This document shows, piece by piece, positions 36,902-38,397 of a stretch of DNA of 38,397 nucleotides; position 1 is the stretch's first letter, and every line of letters begins with the position of its first letter. The stretch is taken from positions 1-38,397 of IMG/VR virus record IMGVR_UViG_3300049137_000165; one strand, 5' to 3'. The notes under the pieces are model-generated. The model made no database searches and was not told where the DNA came from. It saw only the letters and a program-made list of their open reading frames with translations. This stretch comes from a virus. Taxonomy: Duplodnaviria; Caudoviricetes. The position numbers were made by a program, and so were the translations under genes.

Positions 36902-37470
36902 GCGTCACCTACTTCTTCTTCCGGCTTCCGCCGGTCTTCTTCATGCCCGGGTACCGCTTTGTCACCGCGGCGCGGACCTTCTTCTGCTGCGCCTTCGTCC
37001 CGTGCTGCTTGACCCGAGACAGTGCTGCTCGGGCGTGGGCCTTGTCGTGGATCGGATAGGCCCGCTTTCCGGGCAGGGCGAACGACTTCTTCGGGAGCTT
37101 CTTCCGGCTCTTGGCGGTCAGCTTGGCCATGGTCTTCTCCGTCCGTCGTGGGGTCGGCCGGGAAGGTGGTCTTGAGTGGGACGGTGCGCTGGAAGGTGAC
37201 GGCTCTGCGGGTGAGCAGGTTCTGTTCTTTTGTGCCGTCGGCCCGCGTGAAGTACTGGTGCAACACGATGACCTGCACCAGCCAGGGTCCGCCGTCGTCA
37301 GCGGTCTCGGGTGGGCGGAACGGCACGGTGAGGATCGTGATGGGGTGATCGGCTGACACGTCGGAGGGGACTACGTCATTGGCGGTCAGCCATGCGGCGA
37401 TGAGTTGCCGCCGCCAGTTCGGCAGCCGGCTGTTGCCGTCGTGGACGGTGAAGGCGGGGGCGTCGGTCAC
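36898..37470 (-). CDS. Hypothetical protein (190 aa); 3' part overlaps the basic-protein gene in another frame
   Basis: AGGAG RBS, GTGA overlaps at both ends; ordered-looking N-terminal ~110 aa. Confidence 0.6.
   Translation of the reverse strand: MTDAPAFTVHDGNSRLPNWRRQLIAAWLTANDVVPSDVSADHPITILTVPFRPPETADDGGPWLVQVIVLHQYFTRADGTKEQNLLTRRAVTFQRTVPLKTTFPADPTTDGEDHGQADRQEPEEAPEEVVRPARKAGLSDPRQGPRPSSTVSGQAARDEGAAEEGPRRGDKAVPGHEEDRRKPEEEVGDA
36909..37130 (-). CDS. Very basic 73-aa protein (DUF6582-like)
   Basis: RKKLPKKSFALPGKRAYPIHDKAHARAALSRV; GGAG RBS; 25 K/R versus 1 D. Confidence 0.8.
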   Translation of the reverse strand: MAKLTAKSRKKLPKKSFALPGKRAYPIHDKAHARAALSRVKQHGTKAQQKKVRAAVTKRYPGMKKTGGSRKKK

Positions 37471-38312
37471 AGGAGGGCTCCTGAGCTGATTTCTGTGCGC
37501 CCTATGAGGTCCAGGCGGGGCAAGAACTCCCGGACACAGTGAGCGTGCGATGTCGGGTGCGCTAGAGCGTCCTGGACCGTTCGCAACGTCCGGTCCGCCT
37601 TGTCCTCGTCCTGATGATCACGCCATCCGCAACCGTGTCCGTCCCGAACCTCCACGTAGCTGACGCCGAGTTCGTCCAGCGCGGTGCGGGCGGCGGCGGT
37701 GTTGGCGGTGGTGACGGCCTGCCAGGTGATCGCGGCGCGGGCCCAGGAGTCCACGGGGTGGCGGGCGTTGTTGGCGTAGATGACGGTGTCGAGGGGGTGG
37801 TCTCGGCGCAGGGCGGCGATGTCGAAGATGCCGCGGGTGGTGTCTCGGGAGGCGTCTTGCGCCGCGCGCAGGAAAGCACGGGCGCGGCGCAGGGCCTCGG
37901 CGATGCGGTTGGTGAGGTCGGCGTAGTACTGGGCCGAGGCGGCGGTGACGGAGGCCTGATGGCGGGCGGTCCAGGTGAAGGTCGACTGTCTCCGGTCAGC
38001 GTTGTCCAACAGGGTCCAGGCACCTTCCCGGTAGATGACCGGAAGGTCCACGCTGGCCCAGCGTTCAGCGAACGCGCCAGCCGCCCGGGCGAACACGCCG
38101 AGCGAGGTGTTGAACGCTGCGATTGCGGCACGGAGTCGGGCGCCGGTGCCGGAGGAGAAGCCGGGTCGGATGCCAGCGAGTGCGTTGAGGAGGCGGGTTT
38201 GGGCGAGGGTGAGGATGGACCAGGCGCGGGTGAGCCGGTCGACGGCGTCGGTGATGAAGCCGAGGAGGCGTTGGCGGAGGGTGCGGCCTCGGCGCCGTAC
38301 GGGCGTGGTCAT
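37467..38312 (-). CDS. Phage minor capsid / head morphogenesis (MuF-like) protein
   Basis: YANNARHPVDSW...GC...HPTSHAHCVR equivalent of the HPNCR motif. Confidence 0.7.
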   Translation of the reverse strand: MTTPVRRRGRTLRQRLLGFITDAVDRLTRAWSILTLAQTRLLNALAGIRPGFSSGTGARLRAAIAAFNTSLGVFARAAGAFAERWASVDLPVIYREGAWTLLDNADRRQSTFTWTARHQASVTAASAQYYADLTNRIAEALRRARAFLRAAQDASRDTTRGIFDIAALRRDHPLDTVIYANNARHPVDSWARAAITWQAVTTANTAAARTALDELGVSYVEVRDGHGCGWRDHQDEDKADRTLRTVQDALAHPTSHAHCVREFLPRLDLIGRTEISSGALL

Positions 38313-38397
38313 CGCCGGGGCCGTTCAACAAGGCGGGCGACGCCGATGTAGGTGTCGTTGCCGGTGCCGGCGGGGTCGTCGGGGGCGGGTGGCTCGC
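38309..38397 (-). CDS. 3' end of an upstream structural gene (partial)
   Basis: Frame EPPAPDDPAGTGNDTYIGVARLVERPRR* with ATGA overlap to the next gene. Confidence 0.5.
   Translation of the reverse strand, partial: EPPAPDDPAGTGNDTYIGVARLVERPRR

Larger units (their letters stand above)
1..38397. mobile_element. Part of a temperate siphovirus / phage-plasmid of a high-GC actinomycete (probably Streptomyces)
   Basis: Siphoviral tail and lysis module together with parA/parS, rep with DnaA boxes, and a resolvase-sized recombinase. No recognisable host housekeeping genes and no intact integrase. Capsid and terminase presumably lie beyond the right end. Confidence 0.85.

Overview
High-GC DNA (about 70% by eye; Streptomyces-like from DciA, WhiB and endolysin sequences) that looks like one part of a temperate siphovirus kept as a plasmid (phage-plasmid). 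Left: parA, an atypical centromere-binding gene and two perfect 18-bp palindromes (candidate parS). Next is a leftward early operon with an intein-containing AAA_24/Sak4-like ATPase, a WhiB-LuxR fusion, an HTH replication initiator with two internal DnaA boxes, and a DciA/DUF721 helicase loader. A divergent switch follows (tandem-RHH regulator versus stand-alone WYL, palindromic operators), then small early genes, a catalytically degenerate tyrosine-recombinase homologue and a short serine recombinase. Right (18.3-38.4 kb, minus strand): minor head, head-tail joining, tail tube, chaperones with a -1 frameshift, tape measure, tail tip/fibre and lysis genes, including a papain-like protease. The best candidate for something undescribed is at 17.16-18.25 kb: an HTH gene, an operator-overlapped promoter, and a ~390-nt non-coding transcript of two different structured RNA modules, each closed by the same long ACAACTCCACAGAG...CTCTGTGG stem, followed by a small ORF. 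Several other non-coding segments are also densely structured. All family assignments come from motif recognition by eye, not database searches.
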